Shown here one piece after another: positions 1-10,600 of a DNA stretch of 64,000 nt. The notes beneath the pieces were generated by a model. It saw only the letters and a program-made list of their open reading frames with translations. It ran no database searches and was not told where the DNA came from. Source of the stretch: Candidatus Dadabacteria bacterium (lineage in GTDB: Bacteria; Desulfobacterota_D; UBA1144; Nemesobacterales; Nemesobacteraceae); NCBI GenBank assembly GCA_026705445.1, contig JAPPAR010000001.1, forward strand, positions 8,030-72,029, given 5' to 3'. The stretch's first letter is position 1. Every line of letters starts with the position of its first letter. The position numbers and the translations under genes were made by a program.

Positions 1-447
1 GTGTCAGTTGCCAGAAGCGTCAGCAGGGGAGATGTTCTCGAGGTATCGCTTACAAGAGACGGCACGGTGGAAACCGTCGCGGGCGAGGTTGACGGCGTGA
101 GTCCGGGTTCTGATGATTTCTCGGGCACCTACGATATCGAGATTGCCATATCCGATCCCTCGGTAAAATGGTGGCCCGGGGAAATGGTTTCCGTAAAAAT
201 ACCGGTGCAGACGCTTGATAATGTCGTCAGAATTCCCAAGACGGCTGTCTTGTCCGACGACAAAGAAAATTCCTCTTTCGTGCTGGTTGAAAAAAACGGA
301 GAAGTTCTCAAGGCTAAGGTGGCGCCCACGTGGATAGACGACAACTCGGCCTACATATCCTTTGATTCCCTTCCCCCGGATTCCAGAATCATAACCGAGG
401 GGAACTTCGGCCTTCTTCCCGGTCAGCCGGTAAGGATTGTCGACTAA
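1..447 (+). CDS. Efflux RND transporter periplasmic adaptor (membrane-fusion) subunit, C-terminal fragment; the 5' end lies outside the window
   Basis: The open frame runs from the window edge. The C-terminal beta-barrel/MP domain pattern (VSVKIPVQTLDNVVRIPKTAV...FVLVEKNGEVLKAKVAPTWIDDN...GLLPGQPVRIVD) is typical of HlyD/AcrA-family adaptors. Confidence 0.55.
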   Translation: MSVARSVSRGDVLEVSLTRDGTVETVAGEVDGVSPGSDDFSGTYDIEIAISDPSVKWWPGEMVSVKIPVQTLDNVVRIPKTAVLSDDKENSSFVLVEKNGEVLKAKVAPTWIDDNSAYISFDSLPPDSRIITEGNFGLLPGQPVRIVD

Positions 448-474
448 TTTTCCGTTTCCCCGGGGTGCCCGGGT

Positions 475-1638
475 TCAGCAGGGCTGACTGCTGAGAAATT
501 CGCACTTTTCCCGGATTATCTCTGCCGCTCTTTCTATCTCCTCAAAGGTGTTTTCCGGGCAGAAGCTGAATCTTATGCTTGAATACGCATGCTGTTCATC
601 CAGCCCCATGGCAGCCAGAACGTAGGATGGCGTAATGTCGAAATTCGTGCACGCGGAACTCTGCGAACACCTTATTCCCGCCTCGTCAAGAAGGGAAACC
701 AACCTTCTTCCGTCAGTTCCGCCGAAATGGATATTGGTGGTGTTGCATATTCTTTCCCCGCCGCCCCCGTTAACCGAGGTGTCCGGGATGGACTCGATTA
801 TTATTTTCTCGAACCGGTCGCGAAGATCTTTCATCTTTCCTATGGCCTGCTCAAGCCTTTTGTGCCTTATCTCGCAGGCGGCCCCAAAGCCTGTTATGCC
901 CGGAAGGTTCTCAGTCCCGGGACGAAACCCTTCCTCTTGGAATCCTCCGAAAAGAAAAGGATTCACAAGCAGCCTGTCTTTTGCGTAGAGAACCGCGGCG
1001 CCCTGGGGACCGCTGATTTTATGAGCGGTGAAAGAGAGAAAATCCACGTGAAGCTTTGCAAGGTCAACCTCGAACTTGCCTACAGCCTGGGCCGCGTCGG
1101 TGTGGAGAAGCACTCCGTTTTTCCTGCAGACCTCGGAAATGCTCGCGATATCCTGTATAACTCCGGTCTCGTTGTTAACCCACTGCACGGAAACTAGATC
1201 GGTTTTCTCGGAGATCGCGTTTTCGAGTTTTCGGATGTCAAGAATCCCATGTCTGTCCACCTCGAGCATTTCGATGTGGACGTCGTTTAGTTCGAGGAAA
1301 TTGCACATCTTCATTATCGAGGAGTGCTCTACTTGGGTTGTGACAATGTGCGGCTTCTCTTTTTTCCTGGTGCAGGAATAAAAAACCATGTTGTTTGATT
1401 CCGTGCCGGAACTTGTGAATATGAGGTCTTCGGGGGAGCATCCCACAAGATCGGAAGTCCGTTTTCGGGCAAGGTCCATGCGGTGCCTCGCCCGCTCTCC
1501 AGCCGAATGGGCGCTTGAGGGATTGCCGAACCCCTCGCCCATGGCTTCGTGCATGGCCTCCGTTACTTCGGGAAGTGGTCTTGTAGTTGCGTTGTTGTCA
1601 AGGTAGATTTCGCCGGAAATTTCCTCTGTACACCCCAT
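475..1638 (-). CDS. Cysteine desulfurase (NifS/IscS family, PLP-dependent)
   Basis: 387 aa. Class-V aminotransferase motifs are present: N-terminal YLDNNATT, TSGGTESNN, and the PLP-lysine context SFTAHKISGPQG. Confidence 0.85.
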   Translation of the reverse strand: MGCTEEISGEIYLDNNATTRPLPEVTEAMHEAMGEGFGNPSSAHSAGERARHRMDLARKRTSDLVGCSPEDLIFTSSGTESNNMVFYSCTRKKEKPHIVTTQVEHSSIMKMCNFLELNDVHIEMLEVDRHGILDIRKLENAISEKTDLVSVQWVNNETGVIQDIASISEVCRKNGVLLHTDAAQAVGKFEVDLAKLHVDFLSFTAHKISGPQGAAVLYAKDRLLVNPFLFGGFQEEGFRPGTENLPGITGFGAACEIRHKRLEQAIGKMKDLRDRFEKIIIESIPDTSVNGGGGERICNTTNIHFGGTDGRRLVSLLDEAGIRCSQSSACTNFDITPSYVLAAMGLDEQHAYSSIRFSFCPENTFEEIERAAEIIREKCEFLSSQPC

Positions 1639-1667
1639 TATAAAGCTAATAATACACGATTTTGTGG

Positions 1668-2060
1668 CTAAGGTGTTTCTTCCGGCAGGTCTTCGGGAAG
1701 GAGAAGGGTTATGCAGGGTTCCTCGGAGTCTTTCGTTACCGGACCCAGGTAGGAAATAACCTGAAATTCCCGGGCTTTTCCGTCTTTGGTAACCGAAGCG
1801 ATGAAATTGATCACGTTGGTTTTCTTCGTTTTTCTGGTCGCCCTTATGGACGACACGAGAGGGGAAAGTATTTCCTTTAGCCTGGTGTTTTCATCCTCGC
1901 CGCGGGCCGAGGCCTCGGAATCGGGCTCCATCATTTCCTTTTTAAGCGAGGAGGTTACGAATATGCGGATCATGAGACCTGATTCCCTCGCCACGTCGGA
2001 TACCTCGAACTGCTTTTCAAGTTCGAGGTCAGCCTCTCTTTCCAAATAGAATCTTTCCAT
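1668..2060 (-). CDS. Hypothetical protein
   Basis: 130-aa ORF with no recognisable motif. It fills the gap between flanking genes. Confidence 0.3.
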   Translation of the reverse strand: MERFYLEREADLELEKQFEVSDVARESGLMIRIFVTSSLKKEMMEPDSEASARGEDENTRLKEILSPLVSSIRATRKTKKTNVINFIASVTKDGKAREFQVISYLGPVTKDSEEPCITLLLPEDLPEETP

Positions 2061-2152
2061 TTCTCTCCCCCTTGATATCGGTAATATATACTAGATGGTT
2101 TAGTGGGTATATACAAAACGCCGCGCCGGTGCGGCATCGGGAGAATTTCCGC

Positions 2153-2929
2153 ATGGACAAGACTGGAGAAATAAGATTTGTTCCCTTGAAGGGAATTCCG
2201 GAAGTGGGGGAGGGGGACAGCCTCGGGGAGATGATTCTGCACGCCGCCGCCCGTGAGGGATTTTCGTTTCTCGACGGGGATATAATTGTAGTTGCGCAGA
2301 AAGTGGTTTCAAAGGCCGAAGGCAGGGTCGTTAGTCTTTCCCAGGTGGAACCTTCGGGTTTCGCGGTTACGGTCTCCGAGGAAGTTTCAAAGGATCCGAG
2401 GTTGGTGGAGGTGATTCTCGGGGAAACCAGGAGAATCGTAAAAATGGACGAGAGAGAAAGCGGCAAGGGAAGACTTATAGTTGAAACGATCGGAGGGCTT
2501 GTGCTGGCAAACGCCGGCGTTGATGCGTCGAATGTTTCCGGGGGCGAGGATGTCACGCTTCTTCCGCTTGATTCCGATCGCTCCGCCGGGGTTATAAGAA
2601 AACATATAGAACAGGAAACCGGAAAGTACGTGGCCGTCATAATAAGCGATACCGTGGGACGTCCCTGGCGGGAAGGGCTCACCGACATCGCCATTGGCTG
2701 TAGCGGCATGAAGCCACTTTCTGACCGCAGGGGAGAGGCCGATACCAAAGGTCTTCTGCTTACGGCAACCGAGATGGCGACCGCGGACCAGGTGGCGTGT
2801 GCCGCGGGCTTGCTGATGGAGAAAACCGCGGCTCTGCCCGTTGTGGTAGCGCGCGGGGTCGAGTACATCCGGGGAGAGGGAAGTTCGGATGAACTGATCA
2901 GAGATCCGGCCCATGACCTGTTCAGGTAA
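2153..2929 (+). CDS. cofE: Coenzyme F420-0:L-glutamate ligase (CofE family)
   Basis: Collinear similarity to archaeal CofE (GDIIVVAQKVVSKAEGR, ANAGVDASNV, VIISDTVGRPWREG, PVVVARG). The ATG at 2153 is preferred to the upstream frame start at 2072. Confidence 0.8.
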   Translation: MDKTGEIRFVPLKGIPEVGEGDSLGEMILHAAAREGFSFLDGDIIVVAQKVVSKAEGRVVSLSQVEPSGFAVTVSEEVSKDPRLVEVILGETRRIVKMDERESGKGRLIVETIGGLVLANAGVDASNVSGGEDVTLLPLDSDRSAGVIRKHIEQETGKYVAVIISDTVGRPWREGLTDIAIGCSGMKPLSDRRGEADTKGLLLTATEMATADQVACAAGLLMEKTAALPVVVARGVEYIRGEGSSDELIRDPAHDLFR

Positions 2930-2943
2930 TCTCCCCAAATTCC

Positions 2944-3627
2944 ATGAAAGGTTTTTTCGAAAAAGATTTCCTCCTTATCTCTCACCGCGGCGCGAGTCAT
3001 TACGAACCGGAAAATACTCTCCGCTCTTTCCGCAGGGCCCTGGACATGGGGTCTGCGGTGATAGAGTTTGACGTGAGGAGAAGTCTTGACGGCCGCTTGG
3101 TCGTCATTCACGACCGGACGGTGGACAGGACCACGGATGGTAAGGGAGCCGTTTCGGGGAAGATGTTTTCTGAACTCAGATCTCTTGACGCCGGTTTCGG
3201 GGAGCGGGTACCGACTCTTGAGGAAGTCTTTGAGAATTTCGCGGGGCGCTGCGGACTCGTGGTCGAACTTAAGGAAAAAGGTACGGAAGAAGAAACGGTC
3301 TCGCTTATAAAAGCTCATGGTCTTATAAAAGATGCGGCGGTGGTTTCTTTCCGCGAGGACTGTCTTCGTGCCGTGAGGGAACTTGATCCTTCCATTACTA
3401 CGGGGCTTATTACGGTTTTCGGCTTCGGGTGCGTGAAGAAGGCTCTTTCTCTGGGCTGCCAGGTAGTTGCTACAAATCACCGTTTTATGACGCGACGCCT
3501 CGCTTCGGAAGCCCGAAGAAGAGGCCTTTTTGTGTGCTGCTGGACGGTTAACGATCCGAAACGGGGCGAAAAGCTGGCCGGGATCGGGATTAACGGGATT
3601 ATCACCGACAAGCCTGACCTGATCTGA
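2944..3627 (+). CDS. Glycerophosphodiester phosphodiesterase (GDPD family)
   Basis: GDPD signature ISHRGASHYEPENTLRSF...IEFDVRRSLDGRLVVIHD in a 227-aa protein. Confidence 0.8.
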   Translation: MKGFFEKDFLLISHRGASHYEPENTLRSFRRALDMGSAVIEFDVRRSLDGRLVVIHDRTVDRTTDGKGAVSGKMFSELRSLDAGFGERVPTLEEVFENFAGRCGLVVELKEKGTEEETVSLIKAHGLIKDAAVVSFREDCLRAVRELDPSITTGLITVFGFGCVKKALSLGCQVVATNHRFMTRRLASEARRRGLFVCCWTVNDPKRGEKLAGIGINGIITDKPDLI

Positions 3628-3784
3628 AGTTGGCTTGCCGGTGCGCCTGATCTTGTCCCCAAGAGGTTAACCCGCTGAAATAACTTGAATCCGGAGTGCT
3701 TCCGCTCTCCTGTGTCGCAGTGATTTACGCGGTCGATCGGTTATTATTCGCTGTTATGCAAGCTGTTTAAGCGATGGTGAGAAA

Positions 3785-4951
3785 ATGTCGCCTGATAACG
3801 GACATTCCATATATCTTGACTATAACGCGACTACGCCTCTTGACCCGCGCGTTTTGGAAGAGATGATCCCATATCTTGCCGGAAATTATGGGAATCCTTC
3901 CAGTATTCATTCTCCCGGAAGCGTCGCGCGCGCGGCGGTTGATTGCGCCCGCGAGAGGGTATCAGGTTATCTCGGGGCGAGGCCGGGAGAAATAGTTTTT
4001 ACCTCCGGGGGCAGTGAAAGCAACAATTTCGCCATAAAAGGCTTGGCCTACGCTCTTTCTGACAGGGGAAACCATCTGGTTACGACCGCGGTCGAGCACG
4101 CCTCGTGTCTTGAAGCGTTCAGGTTTCTTGAACGCAGGGGTTTCGAGGTCACCTATCTTCCCGTGGATTCCTTCGGACGGGTCTTCCCCGAGCAGTTCCG
4201 GGAAGCGATTACCGAGCGCACGATTCTTGTTTCCTGCATGTACGTGAATAACGAGACCGGAGTTGTAAGTCCGATTCGTGACATAGGGGAAGTTGCCCGC
4301 GAGAGAGGGGTGGTTTTCCACACAGATGCGGTTCAGGCCCTAGGAAAGATGGAGATCGATCTTTCCGGTCTGCCGGTGGACATGGCGTCTTTTTCCGCCC
4401 ACAAGATATGCGGCCCCAAGGGGGCGGGAGCCCTTTACTTGAAAAAAGGGGTTGCCCTCGAGCCTTTCATGCACGGCGGGGGGCAGGAGAGGGGAAAAAG
4501 GTCGGGAACGGAGAACGTAGCGGCCGTCTGCGGATTCGGTTATGCGTGCGAGCTTCTGCGTGGGGAGCTTGAGACGGAAAACGAAAGACTGGGGAAGCTG
4601 CGCGACCGTCTTTTCGGGGAGCTTTCCCGGAAAGTAGCGGATGTTTACCTGAACGGACATCCCGACACCAGGGTCTCCAACACCCTTAACGTCGGTTTTC
4701 CAGGAACTCTGGGTGATTCGGTGGTAATGAATCTCGATACCGCCGGAGTGGCGGTTTCAACTGGTTCTGCATGCTCCGAGGGAAACGTCGACCCTTCCCA
4801 CGTGTTGATCGCCATGGGGCTCGAAGAACAGGAAGCGCTCTGCTCGGTCAGGTTCAGCTTCGGCCGTTTTACCCGTTCGGAGGAAGTCGACAGGGTGATC
4901 GAGCTTCTTCCCGCGATAGTGGAGAGAATAAGGACGCTTCAGGATTTCTGA
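3785..4951 (+). CDS. Cysteine desulfurase (NifS-like), second copy
   Basis: 388 aa with IYLDYNATTP, TSGGSESNN and SFSAHKICGPKG. It is a paralogue of the 475..1638 gene. Confidence 0.85.
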   Translation: MSPDNGHSIYLDYNATTPLDPRVLEEMIPYLAGNYGNPSSIHSPGSVARAAVDCARERVSGYLGARPGEIVFTSGGSESNNFAIKGLAYALSDRGNHLVTTAVEHASCLEAFRFLERRGFEVTYLPVDSFGRVFPEQFREAITERTILVSCMYVNNETGVVSPIRDIGEVARERGVVFHTDAVQALGKMEIDLSGLPVDMASFSAHKICGPKGAGALYLKKGVALEPFMHGGGQERGKRSGTENVAAVCGFGYACELLRGELETENERLGKLRDRLFGELSRKVADVYLNGHPDTRVSNTLNVGFPGTLGDSVVMNLDTAGVAVSTGSACSEGNVDPSHVLIAMGLEEQEALCSVRFSFGRFTRSEEVDRVIELLPAIVERIRTLQDF

Positions 4952-4993
4952 CGGGATATCATGTCGGCGGGCAGCATGTATTTACCGCGCAAA

Positions 4994-6055
4994 TTAGGGA
5001 TAAAGCGGGACGGACTCAAGTCCCAGGCTCTCGGGAAGGTCGAGCATGATGTTCATGCTCTGTATCGCTTGGCCGGAGGCTCCCTTTACCAGGTTATCTA
5101 TGGCGCAGACAATTACCGCGGTTTTTTTCTCTGGGTTTGTCCTTACTCCTATGTCGCAGAAGTTTGAACCCCTGACGCAGGAGGTGTTCGGAAAAGTCCC
5201 CTCGGGAAGAATCCTCACGAAGGGCGAGTTCTCGTAGAATTGCCCCAGGGCGTCCAGCAGTTCCCGGGTCTTATGGATTCCAGAGAGGTTTACGTATATT
5301 GTCGAGAGTATCCCCCTGTTTATCGGTACGAGATGCGGGGTGAAGGCGACTTCCACCTTGCTGCCTAGAAAATCCGAGAGTCCCTGTTCTATTTCGGGAG
5401 TATGGCGGTGCTCGCCTACCTTGTAGGCTTTCATTGCTTCGGAGACCTCGCAGAAATGAAGATCAAGCGAAGGGTTCCTTCCCGCTCCCGAAGCTGCGGA
5501 TTTGGAATCAATTATGATTCCCTCAGTTTCCACCATGCCGTTTTCAAGAAGCGGCGCGAGTGGAAGGATCGAAGAGGTGGGATAGCATCCGGGGTTTGCC
5601 ACCAGTTTTGTCTCCGATATCCGTTCCGCATGCAGTTCGGGGATTCCGTAGACGGCGTTTTCGAGAAGATGGGCGCACGGATGATCCCCGTACCAGTCCC
5701 TGTAGGTCCCTTCCCTGAGGCGGAAATCCGCCCCGAGATCAATTATCCTTACGTCCCTTCCGTAAATTTCTTCTACGAGCTCGGCCGATGCTCCGTGCGG
5801 AAGCGCGGCGAATACCACGTCGGTATCGTCCGGAATGAGCGAGGGGTCCGAACTGCTGAGCTCGAGATTGGCTATTTCTCCAAGGTGCGGAAAGACCTCG
5901 GCCAGGGCACGACCTGCGTGCCTTGACGCTGTTAAATGCGAAATGCTGGCCCGGGGATGTCCCCCAAGGAGCCTTATGAGCTCCGCTCCCGTGTAGCCGC
6001 TTGCTCCCAGAATACATACGTTAAGATTTTGGGAATTATATACTTGACTAACCAT
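4994..6055 (-). CDS. argC: N-acetyl-gamma-glutamyl-phosphate reductase
   Basis: GASGYTG NAD-binding motif and a catalytic-Cys region (NPGCYPTS). The start is chosen at ATG 6055..6053, which sits inside the inverted-repeat end of the adjacent tnpB element. The ORF table extends further upstream, to 6079. Confidence 0.8.
   Translation of the reverse strand: MVSQVYNSQNLNVCILGASGYTGAELIRLLGGHPRASISHLTASRHAGRALAEVFPHLGEIANLELSSSDPSLIPDDTDVVFAALPHGASAELVEEIYGRDVRIIDLGADFRLREGTYRDWYGDHPCAHLLENAVYGIPELHAERISETKLVANPGCYPTSSILPLAPLLENGMVETEGIIIDSKSAASGAGRNPSLDLHFCEVSEAMKAYKVGEHRHTPEIEQGLSDFLGSKVEVAFTPHLVPINRGILSTIYVNLSGIHKTRELLDALGQFYENSPFVRILPEGTFPNTSCVRGSNFCDIGVRTNPEKKTAVIVCAIDNLVKGASGQAIQSMNIMLDLPESLGLESVPLYP
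6029..6053. repeat. Left terminal inverted repeat of the tnpB element; it overlaps the tnpB stop codon and encodes the first 8 codons of argC
   Basis: 24 of 25 positions match the reverse complement of 7293-7317. Confidence 0.6.
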
Positions 6056-7283
6056 CTGGCTGCCTCGCATCAATTTCACGGGTCGTCGGAGTCCTTTTAA
6101 AGACGGAACGCTCCTCGCCGTGCAGTCGCGCCATTCCCAGACGCCTTATGTTAATCGCAGCGTTCGTGTCCGCGTTGGACGCAAAACCGCAACTCACACA
6201 CTGGAACCGTGCTTGAGATTTACGGTTCTCTTTTTCCGCGTGTCCGCAACGCGAACACGTCTGAGATGTATACGCGGGATTCACTTCTATCAGTCTCCCG
6301 CACTTGTAATCAAGATTTCTTCTTGTCTCCCCCATGGCGGTATCAAGCATTGCCCTGTTAAGCCCTGCCTTCTGCTTCACGTTCTTCCCCGGATTCTCTA
6401 CAGTGCCCCTTGCGGAAGCAGTCATGTTTTTTACCCTGAGGCCTTCTGTGACTGCTGTACCGCTCTTGTCCGCAATCTTCTTTGTGGTCTGATGAACCCA
6501 GTCCTTGCGGATATTGGCTATTTTCCTGCTTGTTTTCGCAAGTTTCTTCTTTGTGTCCTTCCGTCTGTTAGACCCCTTTATCTGCCTTGCCATCCTCCGC
6601 TGATACCGCTTCCGCCTTGCTTCTTTCTTCCTTAAATCGGGCAGGAAGTAGAAATGTCCGTCAGAAGTGGCGACCTGGCGTGCGTTCATGTCAACTCCCA
6701 GAACCTCACCGTCATCCGGCCTTTTCTCCACTTCAACCTCGTAGGAAACAAAGGCACGCCACCTGTGCCCGTCATGGCGAAGCACCACCTGCCTGGGTAC
6801 GCCATCCTTCCATGGATTTCCTCCCCTGCGGGTCATCTTTACCCAACCGACCCTGGGGATAAGAAGCAGAGAGTATTTTTTATCGATATTCTTTATTCTG
6901 AAGTTCTCTTTGCTTGGAAGCGTGAAGCTGGGTGCGTGCCTGTTTCTGCTTCTCGGCTTCGGAAAACCCTTCTTGCCGGCCATCGCCTCTTTCAGTGCAT
7001 CCGCAAAATACTTGAGAGTATGTTTTATGGGATTTGCAGGAAGCTCCAGAAGCCAGTCCGTCTCGTGTCTTAGCCTAGTGAACTCAACGCCGAGACTGAA
7101 ATACGATGTAGATGGTCTTTCCCCTTTGCCATTCTTGAATGCCTGGTAGTCAGCAAGGTTCTTCTCCCTGAAATGGTTCCAGACGTACCGACAGGCTCCG
7201 GCCATCTGGAACATCTTCCTTGCCTTCGCCCTCGTGGCAGGCAGAACGACAAACTCTACTGTACGTATTTCTTTAGCAGTCAT
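6048..7283 (-). CDS. tnpB: TnpB (IS200/IS605-family OrfB, RuvC-like RNA-guided nuclease)
   Basis: 411 aa. The C-terminal zinc finger (CSRCGH...CVSCGF) and the RuvC-III NADTNAAINI motif are typical of TnpB. No tnpA gene is adjacent. Confidence 0.85.
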   Translation of the reverse strand: MTAKEIRTVEFVVLPATRAKARKMFQMAGACRYVWNHFREKNLADYQAFKNGKGERPSTSYFSLGVEFTRLRHETDWLLELPANPIKHTLKYFADALKEAMAGKKGFPKPRSRNRHAPSFTLPSKENFRIKNIDKKYSLLLIPRVGWVKMTRRGGNPWKDGVPRQVVLRHDGHRWRAFVSYEVEVEKRPDDGEVLGVDMNARQVATSDGHFYFLPDLRKKEARRKRYQRRMARQIKGSNRRKDTKKKLAKTSRKIANIRKDWVHQTTKKIADKSGTAVTEGLRVKNMTASARGTVENPGKNVKQKAGLNRAMLDTAMGETRRNLDYKCGRLIEVNPAYTSQTCSRCGHAEKENRKSQARFQCVSCGFASNADTNAAINIRRLGMARLHGEERSVFKRTPTTREIDARQPDG

Positions 7284-7292
7284 GATAATGCG

Positions 7293-7317
7293 GGTTAGTC
7301 AAGTATATAGTTCCCAA
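7293..7317. repeat. Right terminal inverted repeat of the tnpB element, 10 bp upstream of the tnpB start
   Basis: 24 of 25 positions match the reverse complement of 6029-6053. Confidence 0.6.
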
Positions 7318-7636
7318 GTTTTTCATCACCCTCAAACGATACTACGGGAATCAGGAAAATCAATCCGTACTCCTCAACGAAGACATGCTCCCGGGAAGCG
7401 GCAGGGGAGACTTTTCGTTTTCGGAAATTCCCTGGGTTCTGGTACAATTACAAGAGGTGTTTTGAGGTTGCGGTTTACCGCAGACCGGTTGGAAACTCCG
7501 TTTAGCAAGGCAAGATAAGATTTCAAATCCGCAGGAGAAAAGCCTGCCGATACCGAAAAGATATGCCGCTTGATCAAATTCCCGTACACTCGGGATCATA
7601 GTTGGGCACACATCAGGAATTGTCGACCGATTCTCT

Positions 7637-10600
7637 ATGCACATCGCCGATTTTTCAGTAAGAAACTCCTTTTTCGTGAACCTGCTGATGGGAGCCATAT
7701 TACTTATAGGGCTTCTGTTTTCATTTTCCCTTCCCCTTGAACTGTTCCCGTCGGTAAAACTCGAAATGGTTACGGTAACCACGTCTTTTCCGGGTTCTTC
7801 CGCCGAAGACGTTGAGAATCTTGTAAGCGTTCCCATTGAGCAGCAGATAAAGAACGTCTCCGGTGTCAAGATCGTAAAATCCGTTTCTTCCGAAGGGTTC
7901 TCGCGGGTTACGGCTGAGGTTTACCCGGGTGAAGACACCAGAAGGATCGCCTGGGAGATTGATTCCAAGATCAACCTGATAGCAGACGATCTTCCCGAGG
8001 ACACAGAAGAACCCGTAACAGAAGAGCAAAAGGCGAGTTTTCCGCTGGTGAGCGTTTCGGTCTCAGGGGACATGCCAAGAGATATTCTCTATAGCAGCGC
8101 CAGAAGACTGCGGGATGAGCTTGGGCTTTTAGACGGTATTGACAACATGACTTCCGTCGGACTGCCTGACCCGGCAATATGGGTGTATCTGGATTATCCG
8201 AAGATGGTGCAGTTTGGACTGGGGATTAAGGAGATTTCAGATGCCATCAACGCGAGGAATCTGGATATCCCCGGGGCGAATTTTACTGGGAACAGTACTG
8301 ATTTTCTGCTTAGAACCGAGGGAAAGATAAGATCTGTGGAAGATCTTCTCAATATTCCGGTTGCCCGCAGCGTTGAGGGTAAACATATTCTGCTCCGCGA
8401 TGTGGCGACGGTCGCTCTCGGAGAACAGCGAGAGGACCTGAGATCGAGGATAAATGGCCGTCCTGCGATTACTTTCTGGGTGGAGAAGCAGAAAGACGTT
8501 GATATCCTCGATACCGTCGACCGCATAAGGGAGCTTACCGAAAAGTATGAAAACCAGTTTCCCGAAGATGTGGAGATAAACCTGGCGTTTGACAGGTCAC
8601 ACTGGGTGAAAAGTCGTCTTCGGACCATGCTTAAAAGCGGGGGTCTGGGGTTTGTTCTGGTAGTAATCCTTCTCACTCTTTTTCTCGATCGCAAGGCGGC
8701 CTTTATAGCCGCTCTGGGGATTCCCGTTTCTTTTCTGGGGGCCGCGATATTAATGAAGATGACCGGCACAACGCTCAATGTCCTTTCCATGTTCGGTCTT
8801 ATAATGATGCTGGGTATGGTGGTGGATGACGCCATAATCGTTGTTGAGAATGTCCAGAGATATGTATCAAGGGGAATGGAGCCGCTGAGGGCGGCGGTGG
8901 TGGGGACAAAAGAGGTTGCCTGGCCAGTGGTCGCGACTGTGCTTACCAATATTGCAGCGTTTACCCCCCTTCTTCTTGCCACGGGGTTAATCGGACAGTT
9001 CCTTTCCGTAATTCCCAAAGTTGCTATCTTCGCTCTTTGTTTCTCCCTTTTCGAAGCCTTGCTGATCATGCCATCCCACTGTGCCGACTGGCTTCCGGCA
9101 AACGGCACAACGAGATCTCCTCGCGGAAACGCGCCGCTTCTGCGCGTAAGAGGTCTGTATCTGCGGGGACTTCTGTTTGCGCTTAGAAACCGCTATGCGG
9201 TAATAGGATGTTTCACGGTTATCTTCGCCGTTTCGGTCTTTATGTTTGTCCGGATTCCCAACGTGATGTTCTACCTTCATGATACTGAGGAAATAATGGT
9301 AAGAGTTGAGAATCCTCCCTCGTCCAGTCTGGAGCATACAGCCGCTTCCGTAGCCCAGGTGGAGGAAGCCGTGCGCCACAGCGTTCCCACTCATGTTCTG
9401 AGAAACACTTTATCCATGGTTGGACTCGATATGTCGGACCCTGACAATATGTTTTCTACGGGGGACCACGTGGCCACGGTTCTGGTTGAATACGAGGATT
9501 ACTCCGCCAGAAAAGAAAACGCGCTCGAACTCTCTGAGATTGCGGAGAGCAGGGTAGGGGAAACGGTGACGGGAGCCAAACAGGTTGATTTCGTAACGAC
9601 GACGGGTCCCCCTACCGGGAAACCGGTGGACGTTAAAATAAGCGGGGATGACATACCGGTGCTGATGGAAATAGCTTCCCGGGTCCGGGAGTATCTGAGC
9701 AATCAGCCGGGGGTGAGTGCCGCGACCAGCAATCTTATTTACGGAAAGCCCGAGGCGAGAGTTGAGATAGACGAGAGAAAAGCCGGGGTGTTCGGTATTG
9801 ACAAGTGGAACGTGTCGCGGGAAATCAAGGCTCTCGGAGACGGCCTCACAGTTGCGAAGACCAGAGTGGGTGAGGAAGAGGTTGAGATAAATCTGCGATA
9901 CGGAAGAGGAGAGTCCAGTGTTTTCTCGGTGAAATCGCACCAGGTCCCGACTCCTCTCGGAAGGCGGGTTCCTATCGGCACCGTGGCGGAGATAACGGAG
10001 TCCAAAACGCCGCTTGAGATAAGAAGGGAGAAGCTTCGAAGAACGGTTACCGTAACAGCCGAAGTGGACAACCAGACGACTACTTCAAGGGAGGTAACCG
10101 CAAATCTTTCGCGTCACCTCGACGGTCTTCTGGAGAACTACCCGGGCTACTCGTTTCGGTTCGCAGGGGAGGAGGAGCAGTATACTCAGGCTATAAGCGA
10201 CATAAAAAAGGCGTCGCTTTTGGCTTTACTTCTCATTTATCTCATTCTCGCAAGCATACTGCGTTCCACCTTTCAGCCCCTTATAATAATGAGTGTGCTG
10301 CCTTTTTGCATTACGGGAGTGATAATAGCGATTCTGCTGCGCGGCGAACCCATGACGCTCCCCGCCATAATAGGAATGGTTGCACTTCTGGGAATAGTGG
10401 TGAACGACAGCTTGCTGCTGATGAATTTTATCAACCGAAGGGCGAAAAAGATGCCGAGCAAGGCGGTGGCGATAGTATTTTCCGCTAGGTATCGTTTCCG
10501 CCCTATAGTTCTCACCACGCTTACGACCTTCTCGGGACTTTTCTCCCTGATGTTCGCTTACAAGGGCCAGGCGGGCATTCTCGCTCCGATGGCGGCTTCC

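Larger units (their letters stand above)
6029..7317 (-). mobile_element. 1,289-bp tnpB-only insertion element bounded by imperfect 25-bp inverted repeats
   Basis: 6029-6053 (ttgggaattatatacttgactaacc) is the reverse complement of 7293-7317 with a single mismatch. The repeats bracket the tnpB ORF exactly. Confidence 0.5.

Noticed and set aside
2029-3480. 483-aa ORF on the minus strand spanning cofE and the GDPD gene
   Set aside because: It is low-complexity, rich in S, P, R and T, and antisense to two plus-strand genes with strong family signatures. This is a typical spurious antisense frame in high-GC coding DNA.
8194-9108. 304-aa minus-strand ORF inside the RND permease gene
   Set aside because: It is antisense to a 1038-aa RND transporter with clear family identity.
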